Shown one piece after another: positions 53,906-62,580 of a stretch of 64,000 nucleotides of DNA (the first letter of the stretch is position 1; each line of letters begins with the position of its first letter). The DNA comes from Parvibaculaceae bacterium (GTDB lineage Bacteria > Pseudomonadota > Alphaproteobacteria > Parvibaculales > Parvibaculaceae). Below the pieces are notes generated by a model. That model made no database searches, had not been told where the DNA came from, and worked only from the letters and a program-made list of their open reading frames with translations. A program made the translations under genes and the position numbers. The stretch covers positions 492,629-556,628 of the forward strand of contig OZ244201.1 in assembly GCA_965216825.1 (NCBI GenBank). The letters are read 5' to 3'.

Positions 53906-55087
53906 ATGACCGAACAGCCAAACCTGTTGCGGCGCCTTTTCGGCGCGCGTGCCCCGCTGGAAGAAAAGGCAAGCGCCGCGCGCTCGCTGATCGCGCTCTC
54001 GACGCTGGGCCGGCCGGTCTGGACGCCCCGCGATTACGACCGGCTGGCGCGCGAAGCCTATGAACAGAACGCGGTCGCCTTCCGCTGTGTGCGCATGATC
54101 GCGGAAGCCGCGGCCAGTGTGCCGTGGCTGCTTTATGAAGGCGGCCGCGAGCATGACCGGCATCCGCTGCTCTCGCTCCTTGCCCGGCCGAATCCGGTGG
54201 AAGGCGGCGCGGACCTGATGGAAGCCTGGTACGGCTACCTGCAGGTGGCGGGCAATGCCTATCTCGAAGCGGTGCAGGTAGGCGGCGAGGTGCGCGAGCT
54301 TTATGCGCTCCGGCCCGACCGGATGAAAGTGGTGCCGGGTGCGCGCGGCTGGCCGGAGGCGTACGAATATGCGGTGAACGGGCGCACGCTCGTTTTCCGG
54401 GAGGAACCCGACCGGCCGATCCTGCACATGAAGGCCTTCCACCCGACGGACGATCATTACGGCCTGTCGCCGCTGGAAGCCGCCGCCCGTGCGGTGGACA
54501 TTCACAATGCCGCGGGCGCCTGGAACAAGGCCCTGCTCGACAATGCGGCCCGGCCGTCCGGCGCGCTTGTCTACAAGGGGCAGGACGGGGCGGGCACGCT
54601 CACCGAAGACCAGTTCGACCGCCTGAAGCGGGAACTGGAGGAGAATTATTCCGGCTCGGCCAATGCGGGCCGTCCGCTCTTGCTCGAAGGCGGGCTGGAC
54701 TGGCAGCAGATGGGACTGGGGCCGCGCGATCTCGACTTCAACGAGGCGAAGAACGCGGCGGCCCGCGACATCGCTCTGGCCTTCGGCGTGCCGCCCATGC
54801 TGCTCGGCATTCCGGGCGACAACACGTTTTCGAATTACAGGGAAGCGAACCTTGTCTTCTGGCGCCAGACGGTCGTGCCGCTGGTGCGCAAGACAGCGAC
54901 GGCGCTCACCCGCTGGCTTGGGCCCCGCTTCGGGCAGGACCTGATCCTCGGCGTGGATCTCGACGGCGTCCCCGCCCTCGGGGCGGAGCGCGATGGTCTC
55001 TGGGCGCGGGTAAGGGACGCGGACTTTCTCACCGACGACGAGAAACGCGCGGCGGTCGGCTATGGCCGGAGAGAGGGTGGGACATGA
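53906..55087 (+). CDS. GTA g3-like portal protein (HK97 family)
   Basis: 393 aa with AFRCVRMIAEAAASVPW..LLARPNP..YLQVAGNAYLE..LSPLEAA portal motifs. Confidence 0.9.
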   Translation: MTEQPNLLRRLFGARAPLEEKASAARSLIALSTLGRPVWTPRDYDRLAREAYEQNAVAFRCVRMIAEAAASVPWLLYEGGREHDRHPLLSLLARPNPVEGGADLMEAWYGYLQVAGNAYLEAVQVGGEVRELYALRPDRMKVVPGARGWPEAYEYAVNGRTLVFREEPDRPILHMKAFHPTDDHYGLSPLEAAARAVDIHNAAGAWNKALLDNAARPSGALVYKGQDGAGTLTEDQFDRLKRELEENYSGSANAGRPLLLEGGLDWQQMGLGPRDLDFNEAKNAAARDIALAFGVPPMLLGIPGDNTFSNYREANLVFWRQTVVPLVRKTATALTRWLGPRFGQDLILGVDLDGVPALGAERDGLWARVRDADFLTDDEKRAAVGYGRREGGT

Positions 55088-55347
55088 GCGGCCCGGAACC
55101 GGAAACCCGCTGGCATCTGGACAAGCGGGTGCCCATCGCGCTGATCGTGGCGATCCTCATCCAGACGGCGGGCGCACTCACCTGGGCGGGCGCGGCGTCG
55201 GAACGGATCAACCAGCTGGAGCGCCAGGTGACCGGCGGCAGCGACCTGGGCGAACGCACGGCCCGCCTCGAAGTGCAGGCGGTCTATATGCGCGCCGCCC
55301 TCGACCGGATTGAAGACAAGCTCGACCGTGCCATCGCGCGGGAGTGA
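55084..55347 (+). CDS. GTA g3.5-like small membrane protein
   Basis: 87 aa with one TM helix (VPIALIVAILIQTAGALTWAG) and a coiled-coil tail. It has a 4-nt overlap with the portal gene stop. Confidence 0.65.
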   Translation: MSGPEPETRWHLDKRVPIALIVAILIQTAGALTWAGAASERINQLERQVTGGSDLGERTARLEVQAVYMRAALDRIEDKLDRAIARE

Positions 55348-55367
55348 TCGACACTCTTTAACACAAT

Positions 55368-55459
55368 CGTCATTGCCGGGCTTGTCCCGGCAATCCAGGG
55401 CAACAGGCGGAAGCCTGAGCGCGTAGCCTCTGGACCCCCGGAACAAGTCCGGGGGTGAC
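55368..55459. repeat. pair of inverted REP-like hairpin elements (GTCA-stem-CTTGT-stem-TCC family)
   Basis: Hairpin 1 is ATTGCCGGG-CTTGT-CCCGGCAAT (55372..55394). Hairpin 2 is CCCCCGGA-ACAAG-TCCGGGGG (55435..55455) in opposite orientation. The flanks GTCA/TGAC and TCC/GGA mirror each other. Confidence 0.6.
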
Positions 55460-55484
55460 ACCCACCAATTGGAACAAAACCCGT

Positions 55485-56207
55485 ATGAATGAACGATGGA
55501 CTCCTCCGCCCCTCTTTGGGGAGCGGAAAGCGCACCCCCATGCCCGCGAAACCAAGCGTGCCGCCTTCGATATTGCCCATGTCGACGACACGGGCGCGTT
55601 CGAAGGCTATGCCAGCCTCTTCGGCGCGGAGGATCTGGGTCACGACCTGGTGCTGCGCGGCGCCTTCGAGGCGAGCCTGGCCAAGCGCGGCGCGTCCGGC
55701 GTGCGGATGCTCTTCCAGCACGATCCGGCCGACCCGATCGGCGCGTGGGATGAAATCCGCGAGGACGAGGAAGGTCTTTATGTCCGGGGCCGCCTGACGC
55801 TCGACGTCGGCCGCGCCCGCGAAATCCACGCCCTGATGAAAGCAGGCGCGCTGGACGGGCTTTCCATCGGCTTCCACACCGTCAAGGCCGTGCGTGACCG
55901 TCTCACCGGTATCCGTCAGCTCATCGAAATCGATCTCTGGGAAATTTCCGTGGTCACGTTTCCGATGCAGCCCGGTGCCCGCGTGCGCGCGGTCAAGACG
56001 GTCCCGCCCTTTTCGAGACTTCCGACGGAACGGGATCTCGAACGCCGGCTCCTGCGGGATGCAGGACTGAGCCGGCACCAGGCCCGCGCGCTGATTGCGG
56101 GCGGTTACAAGGCGCTGTCAGGCCCGCGGGACGCGGGCGGTGCCGGCCCCGATCTGGCGCATCTCGCCCGGACCATCCGGTCCGCCGGCGCGCGCTTTCT
56201 TTTCTGA
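55485..56207 (+). CDS. GTA g4-like prohead protease (HK97 / S78 family)
   Basis: GAFEGYASLFGAEDLGHDLVLRGAF..RMLFQHD..LSIGF..EISVVTFPMQ motifs. The start (55485 ATG or 55455 GTG) is uncertain. Confidence 0.85.
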   Translation: MNERWTPPPLFGERKAHPHARETKRAAFDIAHVDDTGAFEGYASLFGAEDLGHDLVLRGAFEASLAKRGASGVRMLFQHDPADPIGAWDEIREDEEGLYVRGRLTLDVGRAREIHALMKAGALDGLSIGFHTVKAVRDRLTGIRQLIEIDLWEISVVTFPMQPGARVRAVKTVPPFSRLPTERDLERRLLRDAGLSRHQARALIAGGYKALSGPRDAGGAGPDLAHLARTIRSAGARFLF

Positions 56208-56241
56208 CCCCGACCTTCGACGTCAACCCAAGGAGACCAGC

Positions 56242-57558
56242 ATGCCTCTCATCCGAGAGAACGAACCCGGCCGCGTGGGCCATTCCATGCGCGGCACGGC
56301 GCCCGCCCCGGGACTGGAACGCAAGAGTGCCGAGCAGGGCGCGTCCGCCGTGCGCGACGTACGCCAGGCCTTCGACGAATTCATGACCCGCTTCGATGCC
56401 TTCAAGCAGGCGAACGACGACCGCCTTGCACAGGTCGAGCGGAAACTGTCCGCCGATGTCGTGACGGTGGAAAAGGTCGACCGGCTGAATGCCGCCCTCG
56501 ACCTCCAGCAGAAGACCGTCGACGGTCTGGCCCTGTCGCTCAGCCGCCCGGAACTCGGGGGATCGCCGTCTGTCGATCCGCAGGCCCGCGAACACAAGTC
56601 CGCGTTCGACCGGTATGTGCGGCGGGGCGAGATCGCCACGTTGCGCGCGCTGGAAGAAAAGGCGCTGGCGGTGCAGTCAGACCCGGACGGCGGCTATCTC
56701 GTGCCCGCCGAGACGGAACGGCTGATCGACCGGACGGTCTCGGAAGCCTCGCCCATCCGCGCCATCGCCGGTGTCCGCCAGATCGGCGCGGCGTCCTACA
56801 AGAAACCGTTCGCCACGGCGGGCGCGGCAACCGGCTGGGTCGGCGAGACCGAACCGCGCACCGAAACGGACAGCCCGAAGATCGCCGAGCTCGAATTCCC
56901 GGTGATGGAGCTTTACGCCATGCCGGCAGCGACCTCGACCCTGCTCGACGATGCCGCGGTCAATATCGACCAGTGGATCGCGGAAGAAGTGCAGACCGCC
57001 TTTGCCGAACAGGAAGGCGCCGCCTTCGTGCAGGGCGACGGCGTGCGCAAGCCGCGCGGCTTTCTCTCCTACCCGGCGATTGGCAACGCCTCCTGGGTGT
57101 GGGGCAAGCTCGGTTATGTCGCGACCGGCGAGGCGGGGGCCTTTCCCGCGACCGCACCCTCCGACGTGCTGCTCGACCTCGTCTACTCGGTGAAGTCCGG
57201 CTACCGCGCCAACGCGCATTTCGTCATGAACCGGCAGACGCAGGCGCAGATCCGCAAGTTCAAGGATGCCGACGGCAATTACCTCTGGCAGCCGAGCCTC
57301 ACCGCGGGCGACGCACCGCGTCTCATGAACGTGCCGGTTGCCGAGGCCGAAGACATGCCGGATGTGGCCGCCGACAGTTTTGCCATTGCGTACGGCGACT
57401 TCCGGCGCGGGTACCTGATCGTCGACCGGCTGGGCATCCGCGTGCTGCGCGATCCCTACACCGCGAAACCCTACGTCCTGTTCTACACGACCAAGCGTGT
57501 GGGCGGCGGCGTTCAGAACTTCGAAGCGATCAAGCTTCTGAAATTCGGCACGGCTTAA
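56242..57558 (+). CDS. GTA g5-like major capsid protein (HK97 fold)
   Basis: An N-terminal delta-domain-like coiled coil precedes DPDGGYLVP..ELEFPVMELYA..KPRGFL..NYLWQPS motifs. The ATG at 56242 follows AAGGAGA. Confidence 0.9.
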   Translation: MPLIRENEPGRVGHSMRGTAPAPGLERKSAEQGASAVRDVRQAFDEFMTRFDAFKQANDDRLAQVERKLSADVVTVEKVDRLNAALDLQQKTVDGLALSLSRPELGGSPSVDPQAREHKSAFDRYVRRGEIATLRALEEKALAVQSDPDGGYLVPAETERLIDRTVSEASPIRAIAGVRQIGAASYKKPFATAGAATGWVGETEPRTETDSPKIAELEFPVMELYAMPAATSTLLDDAAVNIDQWIAEEVQTAFAEQEGAAFVQGDGVRKPRGFLSYPAIGNASWVWGKLGYVATGEAGAFPATAPSDVLLDLVYSVKSGYRANAHFVMNRQTQAQIRKFKDADGNYLWQPSLTAGDAPRLMNVPVAEAEDMPDVAADSFAIAYGDFRRGYLIVDRLGIRVLRDPYTAKPYVLFYTTKRVGGGVQNFEAIKLLKFGTA

Positions 57559-57568
57559 GGAGGGCCTC

Positions 57569-57997
57569 ATGCGCGATCTTCATTCATCCCTGGGTCTCGT
57601 GCAGACCCTCGATCCGGCTGTGACCAGCGCGACACGGGCCGGTGCGCCCGTCGACCGCCAGGGCTACGAGAGCGTCGAACATGTCGTGCTCGTCGGCACC
57701 AGCGGCGACACGCTCTCCGGCAGCGTCTCGATCACCCTGCAGCTCGACGAAAGCGAGGACGGCGCGGTCTGGGCGCCGGTGGTCGACGACAGCCATGTGC
57801 TGGGCGCCTCGGTCGACATGACCGGCGCCTTCGCCCTTATCGACGACGTGGCGGAAGACGGCATGGCCTACTCGGTCGGCTATGTGGGCGACGCCCGCTA
57901 TTCCCGCGTGCAGGCGGTGCTGACCGGCACCCACACGAACGGAACGCCGCTCGGCGCGATTGCGCTTCTGGGCCACGGCCACGTGAAACCGGCCTGA
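57569..57997 (+). CDS. hypothetical GTA-cluster protein with no RcGTA counterpart (candidate head decoration/accessory protein)
   Basis: 142 aa. The ATG at 57569 lies 6 nt after AGGAGG and 10 nt after the capsid stop. Acidic Gly/Val/Asp/Ser-rich composition with no TM segment. Confidence 0.6.
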   Translation: MRDLHSSLGLVQTLDPAVTSATRAGAPVDRQGYESVEHVVLVGTSGDTLSGSVSITLQLDESEDGAVWAPVVDDSHVLGASVDMTGAFALIDDVAEDGMAYSVGYVGDARYSRVQAVLTGTHTNGTPLGAIALLGHGHVKPA

Positions 57998-58007
57998 TGG
58001 GCCTGTC

Positions 58008-58048
58008 CGGGACGGAGGGCCTGCCTCTCCGTCCCGCTCTTTCTTTTC
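58008..58048 (+). terminator. intrinsic-terminator-like hairpin inside the GTA cluster
   Basis: Stem CGGGACGGAG/CTCCGTCCCG (10 bp, extendable by G-C and G-U pairs) followed by the T-rich CTCTTTCTTTTC. It sits in the 64-nt gap before g6. Confidence 0.5.
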
Positions 58049-58061
58049 AAGGCGGAACCCA

Positions 58062-58616
58062 ATGACGCTCACCCTCATGACAGGGCCGGCCAGTGAACCG
58101 GTCGACCTCGCCGACATGAAGCTCCATCTGCGGGTCGACACGGCGGACGAGGACGCCCTGATCTCCGGCCTCATCGCGGCGGCCCGGCTCACGGTCGAAG
58201 CCCATGCTTCGCTCGCGCTTCTGACGCAGAGCTGGCGCTGGACGCTGGATCGCTGGCCCGGCGGGGCGCTGGACCTGCCTTTGGGCCCGGTCGTCTCGGT
58301 CGATCAGGCAAGCGTCGACGGAACTCTTCTTTCCCCCGATGCCTATCAGCTTGTGCCGGGCGGGCAAGCGCGCCTGCTCCGGGCCGACAGCACGGCATGG
58401 CCCGCGCCATCCGCTGCCGCAGGCGGCATCGTCATTGAGTTTACCGCGGGCTTCGGGCTCGACGGCGTCGCCGTCCCGCGCGATCTGCGCCACGCGATCA
58501 TGATGCTGGTGGCCCACTGGTTCGAGAACCGCGAACCCGCCGCCGGGTTCGATGAGGAGCGCCTGCCGCGCGCGGTGCGTGCGCTTCTCGCCCCTTACTG
58601 GAGGCACCGGCTGTGA
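58062..58616 (+). CDS. GTA g6-like head-tail connector (phage gp6-like)
   Basis: EPVDLADMKLHLRVDTADEDALISGLIAAARLTVE..LRHAIMMLVAHWFENRE motifs. Confidence 0.85.
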   Translation: MTLTLMTGPASEPVDLADMKLHLRVDTADEDALISGLIAAARLTVEAHASLALLTQSWRWTLDRWPGGALDLPLGPVVSVDQASVDGTLLSPDAYQLVPGGQARLLRADSTAWPAPSAAAGGIVIEFTAGFGLDGVAVPRDLRHAIMMLVAHWFENREPAAGFDEERLPRAVRALLAPYWRHRL

Positions 58617-58933
58617 TCGGCGGGTTGCGGCATCGCCTGGTGCTCGAGGCACCGGTCCGCACGCCGGATGGCGGCGGCGGCGCGCAGCTAAGCTGGCAGA
58701 CCGTCGCAACGCTCTGGGCCTCCCTCGACATGCCATCGGGTGCGGAACGTGACCGTGGCGACCGGACGGAAGCCCTGCGGCAGGTCCGCATCCGGCTCCG
58801 ATACCGGAGCGGCGTCACGCCGGCGCACCGGTTCCGGAAGGGCGCGCGGGTCTTTGCCATTCGCGCCGTGCTCGACGAAACGGGCACCGGCCGCTGGCTC
58901 ACCTGTCTCTGCGATGAAGGAGGCGGGACATGA
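58613..58933 (+). CDS. GTA g7-like head-tail adaptor / head closure protein
   Basis: LRHRLVLEAPVRTPDGGGG..WASLDMPSGAERDRGDR.. pattern. It has a 4-nt overlap with g6. Confidence 0.8.
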   Translation: MIGGLRHRLVLEAPVRTPDGGGGAQLSWQTVATLWASLDMPSGAERDRGDRTEALRQVRIRLRYRSGVTPAHRFRKGARVFAIRAVLDETGTGRWLTCLCDEGGGT

Positions 58934-59340
58934 CCCTTGCTGCGAGCTGGGCCCTTCAGCAGGCCGTGCATGCGGCGCTCGTCGGCGATGCGGCCCTTTC
59001 CGCGCTGGTGGGCGGGCGCATTTACGACCGCCCGCCGGACGATGTCGCCTTTCCCTATGTGACGCTCGGCGACACGGAGGTTCTGGCCGCGGGCACCGGC
59101 AGCGCCGATGCCGCCCGGCACCGGCTGGACCTTGCCGTCTGGTCGCGGGCTAAGGGCCGTCGGGAGGCGAAGGAAGTCATGAGCGCGGTTCACGCCGTTT
59201 TGCACGAGGCGGCGTGGCCACTCTCCGGCCATGTGCTGGTCGATTGCCGCTTTGAACGCGCCTCTCTTTCCTATGCCGCAGAGGCCGATGCGCTTCGCGG
59301 TCTCATGCGCTTTCGCGCTTACACCGAAACGCCGGCGTGA
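58930..59340 (+). CDS. GTA g8-like DUF3168 tail terminator protein
   Basis: LQQAVHAALVGDAALSALVGGRIYDRPPDDVAFPYVTLGD motif. Confidence 0.8.
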   Translation: MTLAASWALQQAVHAALVGDAALSALVGGRIYDRPPDDVAFPYVTLGDTEVLAAGTGSADAARHRLDLAVWSRAKGRREAKEVMSAVHAVLHEAAWPLSGHVLVDCRFERASLSYAAEADALRGLMRFRAYTETPA

Positions 59341-59380
59341 GGCCGGCACACCATGATCTCCAACCGGGAGGAACCCCGAT

Positions 59381-59794
59381 ATGACCGCACAGCGCGGCAA
59401 GGACATGCTCTTGAAGGTCGACAGCGACGGCCTGGGAAGTTTTACGACGGTGGCGGGCCTGCGCGCCCGCGCCCTCGCGTTCAATGCACGCACCGTCGAT
59501 GTGACCCACGCGGAGTCGGCGGGCGCCTGGCGCGAGCTTCTCGCCGGGACGGGTGTGAAGTCCGCCAGCCTGACGGGCAGCGGTCTCTTCCGCGACGAAG
59601 CGTCGGACGCGACCATCCGTTTGCTCTTCTTCGATGGCACGGTGCGCACCTGGCAGGTGGTCATTCCGGGCTTCGGCACGGTGGAAGGCGCGTTCCAGAT
59701 CACCGCCCTTGAATATGCCGGGACGCATGAAGACGAGCTGCGCTTCGACATTGCGCTGGAATCTGCCGGTGCCCTCTCGTTCACGGGGGCCTGA
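59381..59794 (+). CDS. GTA g9-like major tail protein (TP901-1 family)
   Basis: GKDMLLKVDSDGLGSFTTVAGLRARALAFNARTVDVT..SGLF motifs. Confidence 0.85.
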   Translation: MTAQRGKDMLLKVDSDGLGSFTTVAGLRARALAFNARTVDVTHAESAGAWRELLAGTGVKSASLTGSGLFRDEASDATIRLLFFDGTVRTWQVVIPGFGTVEGAFQITALEYAGTHEDELRFDIALESAGALSFTGA

Positions 59795-59795
59795 C

Positions 59796-60176
59796 ATGGC
59801 AAACCGGCACCGGGGCGAAGTAACGCTCAAGGCAAACGGCAGAACCTACACACTGTGTCTCACGCTTGGCGCGCTGGCCGAACTGGAGGACCGGTATGGC
59901 GGCGAGGATATTCTCTCGCTCGCCGAACGATTTTCCTCCGGCCGCCTGACGAGTGCCGACGCGCGCAATCTTCTCTCCGCTGCGCTGAAGGGGGGCGGCG
60001 AGGAGGTGGAGATGCTTGACCCCGGCACGATGGTGTTCGAGGGCGGCATGGCCGGTCTCATCCGCACACTGGCGGAGCTTCTCGCCGTCACGTTCGGCCT
60101 CGCGGCGGAAGCGGATCGGCCAATGGATAAGGAGGAACCGCAGGACCCTGTCCCTTTCCCTGGGACGCGCTCATGA
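59796..60176 (+). CDS. GTA g10-like tail assembly chaperone-type protein
   Basis: HRGEVTLKANGRTYTLCLTLGALAELEDRYG pattern typical of the gene transfer agent family protein. Confidence 0.8.
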   Translation: MANRHRGEVTLKANGRTYTLCLTLGALAELEDRYGGEDILSLAERFSSGRLTSADARNLLSAALKGGGEEVEMLDPGTMVFEGGMAGLIRTLAELLAVTFGLAAEADRPMDKEEPQDPVPFPGTRS

Positions 60177-60349
60177 GTTTCGTCTTCGGCCGCCTCAACT
60201 GGCCGCCGGGCCGGGCATGGGCCGCAAGCCTGCCGGAGATCGAGGCGGCGGCGCGCCTCTTTGTGGAGACCGGCGCAGAGGGGCTTCCGCGCACCGCCTT
60301 GCAGGACCTGATGGACGCCTATCCCGACAGGATGGGTGTGCCACGCTAA
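60173..60349 (+). CDS. GTA g10.1-like small protein (58 aa)
   Basis: Below the ORF-track size cutoff. Manual translation gives MSFVFGRLNWPPGRAWAASLPEIEAAARLF..LQDLMDAYPDR. It has an ATGA overlap with the g10 stop. Confidence 0.65.
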   Translation: MSFVFGRLNWPPGRAWAASLPEIEAAARLFVETGAEGLPRTALQDLMDAYPDRMGVPR

Positions 60350-60361
60350 CAGGAACACGAT

Positions 60362-61015
60362 ATGGAATTTGACGATCAGCCGCTGGCGCCCGTCAGTGAG
60401 AGTGTGAGCGACCTCCGCCGCGCGTTCGACGAGGCCGCCCGCGCAAGCAGCACGCTTGGACGCGATGCACGGCAGGCCCTCTCCGGCATCCGCACGGAAG
60501 GCGGCCGCGCGGCTGCAACCGGCCGCGATCTCGGACGCGTCCTGACCGGCGCCTTCGCCGACATGGTGAAGGGCGGCAAGTCGCTGCAGGACGTCTTGCG
60601 GTCCGTCGCCGTCGACCTGGCGAAGCTTGCCGCGGAAGATCTTTTCGGCAGTGGCAGGCCGGGCGGCATAAGCGGCGGTGGCCTGTTGAACAGCCTCCTC
60701 ACCACCAGCGCGGCCGGCAACGTGATGCAGTCGGGCCGCGTCCGCGCCTTCGCCAAGGGCGGGGTGCTCTCCGAACCGGCGCTCTTTCCGATGCGAAACG
60801 GCATGGGGCTAGCGGGCGAAGCGGGTGCGGAAGCGATCCTGCCGCTCGCGCGCGGCGCCGACGGACGGCTCGGCGTGACCGCTGCCAACGAGGCGCGGCC
60901 GTTGAATATCGTCTTCAACGTGAACGCCAGCGATGCGGCGAGTTTCCGGCGCAGCGAAAGCCAGATCGCCGCCATGCTTCAGCGCACCGTCACGCGCGGC
61001 ACACGCAATCTCTGA
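60362..61015 (+). CDS. GTA g11-like short tape measure protein
   Basis: Helical N-terminal part, then FAKGGVLSEPALFPMRNGMGLAGEAGAEAILPLARGADGRLGV, the conserved TMP C-terminal motif. Confidence 0.85.
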   Translation: MEFDDQPLAPVSESVSDLRRAFDEAARASSTLGRDARQALSGIRTEGGRAAATGRDLGRVLTGAFADMVKGGKSLQDVLRSVAVDLAKLAAEDLFGSGRPGGISGGGLLNSLLTTSAAGNVMQSGRVRAFAKGGVLSEPALFPMRNGMGLAGEAGAEAILPLARGADGRLGVTAANEARPLNIVFNVNASDAASFRRSESQIAAMLQRTVTRGTRNL

Positions 61016-61046
61016 TCCGGGGAGCCCCGGTCTTGAAGGAACGACC

Positions 61047-61685
61047 ATGACGTTTCACGACATCCGGTTTCCCCTCGACATTTCGCTGAGCGCGTCCGGC
61101 GGGCCGGAACGGCGCACCGAGATCGTGACGCTGGGCTCGGGCCGCGAGGAGCGCAACACGCCGTGGGCGGATGCCCGGCGCCGCTACAATGCGGGCTACG
61201 GCGTGAAAAGCCTTGCCGATCTTCACACCGTGATCGGGTTCTTCGAGGCGCGGCAGGGCCGTCTCTACGGCTTCCGCTGGAAGGACCGGATGGATCATTC
61301 CTCGGTGCTGCCGGGTGTTGCGCCTGGACCGCTCGACCAGCTCCTCGGCGCGGGCGACGGCGCAACGGACACGTTCCAGCTGACCCGGACCTATGCATCC
61401 GGTCCCGCCACATATGTGCGGGACATTACGAAACCGGTGGCGGGTTCTGTCCGGGTGGCCATCGATGGGGTGGAGCAGACGGAAGGCGTTCACTTCACCG
61501 TCGGCACGACCACCGGTCAGGTCACCTTCCTGCCGGGCCATGAACCGGCACCCGGCGCGGCCGTGACCGCGGGCTTCGAGTTCGACGTGCCGGTCCGCTT
61601 CGACACCGATTTTCTGGACGTGAACCTGAGCGCCTTCGATGCGGGCGACATTCCGCACATCCCGCTCATCGAAATTCGCGAGTAG
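61047..61685 (+). CDS. GTA g12-like DUF2460 distal tail protein
   Basis: MTFHDIRFPLDISLSASGGPERRTEIVTLGSGREERN..RRRYNAGYGVKS motifs. Confidence 0.9.
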   Translation: MTFHDIRFPLDISLSASGGPERRTEIVTLGSGREERNTPWADARRRYNAGYGVKSLADLHTVIGFFEARQGRLYGFRWKDRMDHSSVLPGVAPGPLDQLLGAGDGATDTFQLTRTYASGPATYVRDITKPVAGSVRVAIDGVEQTEGVHFTVGTTTGQVTFLPGHEPAPGAAVTAGFEFDVPVRFDTDFLDVNLSAFDAGDIPHIPLIEIRE

Positions 61686-61692
61686 GCCGCCC

Positions 61693-62580
61693 ATGAAAAC
61701 CCTTTCCCCGGCTTTGCAGGCGCACCTGGAAAGCGGCACCACCACGCTTTGCCATTGCTGGCGGCTCGAGAGGCGGGACGGAACCGTGTTCGGGTTCACC
61801 GACCATGACCGCACGCTCGCCTTCGGCGGCACGACATACGAAGCGGCGGCGGGCTTCACCGCGAGTGCGGTGACCGCCTCGACCGGTCTCGCCGTCGACA
61901 ATCTTGACGTCATGGGGGCGCTCGCCTCCGACACGCTGACGGATGCGGACCTTGCCGCCGGCCTGTTCGACGATGCGGTGATCGAGATCTGGCGGGTGAA
62001 CTGGCAGGCGCCCAGCGACCGGGTCTTGCTCAGGAAGGGCAATCTCGGCGAGGTGAGCCACGGCAGCCGGGGCTTTACCGCCGAAGTGCGCGGCCTTGCC
62101 CACCGGCTCAACCAGCCGACGGGCCGTCTTTATCAGTATGCCTGCGATGCGGACCTGGGCGATGCGCGCTGCGGCATCGACCTTCAGTCGCCAGCCTTCA
62201 GGGGAACCGGAACGGTGGCAGCCATGTTCGACAACAGGGTCGTTGACGTGACAGGGCTCGATGGCTTCGCCGACGGCTGGTTTGCCCGCGGTCTCCTGAC
62301 CTTCACAAGCGGCGTCAATGCAGGCGAGGTGCTGGAAGTGAAAGCACATGACAGCATGGCGGGCACCGTGTCGCTTAAGCTTTGGCATCCGCCGGTCAAA
62401 GACATCGAAGCGGGTGACGCCTTCACCGTGACCGCGGGGTGCGACAAGCAACTGGCCACCTGCCGTACCCGGTTCGCGAATGCTGACCGGTTCCGCGGCT
62501 TTCCGCACATGCCGGGCAACGACTTTGCGCTTTCCTATCCCGTGCGCGGACGCGGCAATGACGGAGGCAGCCGGAATTGA
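61693..62580 (+). CDS. GTA g13-like DUF2163 / BR0599-domain baseplate hub protein
   Basis: LQAHLESGTTTLCHCWRLERRDGTVFGFTDHD..CDADLGDARCG..GFPHMPGND motifs. Confidence 0.9.
   Translation: MKTLSPALQAHLESGTTTLCHCWRLERRDGTVFGFTDHDRTLAFGGTTYEAAAGFTASAVTASTGLAVDNLDVMGALASDTLTDADLAAGLFDDAVIEIWRVNWQAPSDRVLLRKGNLGEVSHGSRGFTAEVRGLAHRLNQPTGRLYQYACDADLGDARCGIDLQSPAFRGTGTVAAMFDNRVVDVTGLDGFADGWFARGLLTFTSGVNAGEVLEVKAHDSMAGTVSLKLWHPPVKDIEAGDAFTVTAGCDKQLATCRTRFANADRFRGFPHMPGNDFALSYPVRGRGNDGGSRN

Noticed and set aside
52355-54505. 716-aa minus-strand ORF over the terminase/portal genes
   Set aside because: Antisense shadow. The + frames carry the terminase and portal motifs and fit the GTA gene order.
59796-60349. 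Programmed -1 frameshift between the two tail chaperone-like ORFs (the G/GT paradigm)
   Set aside because: The second ORF has its own ATG overlapping the first stop (ATGA), and I saw no slippery heptamer at the junction. Simple translational coupling explains the arrangement.
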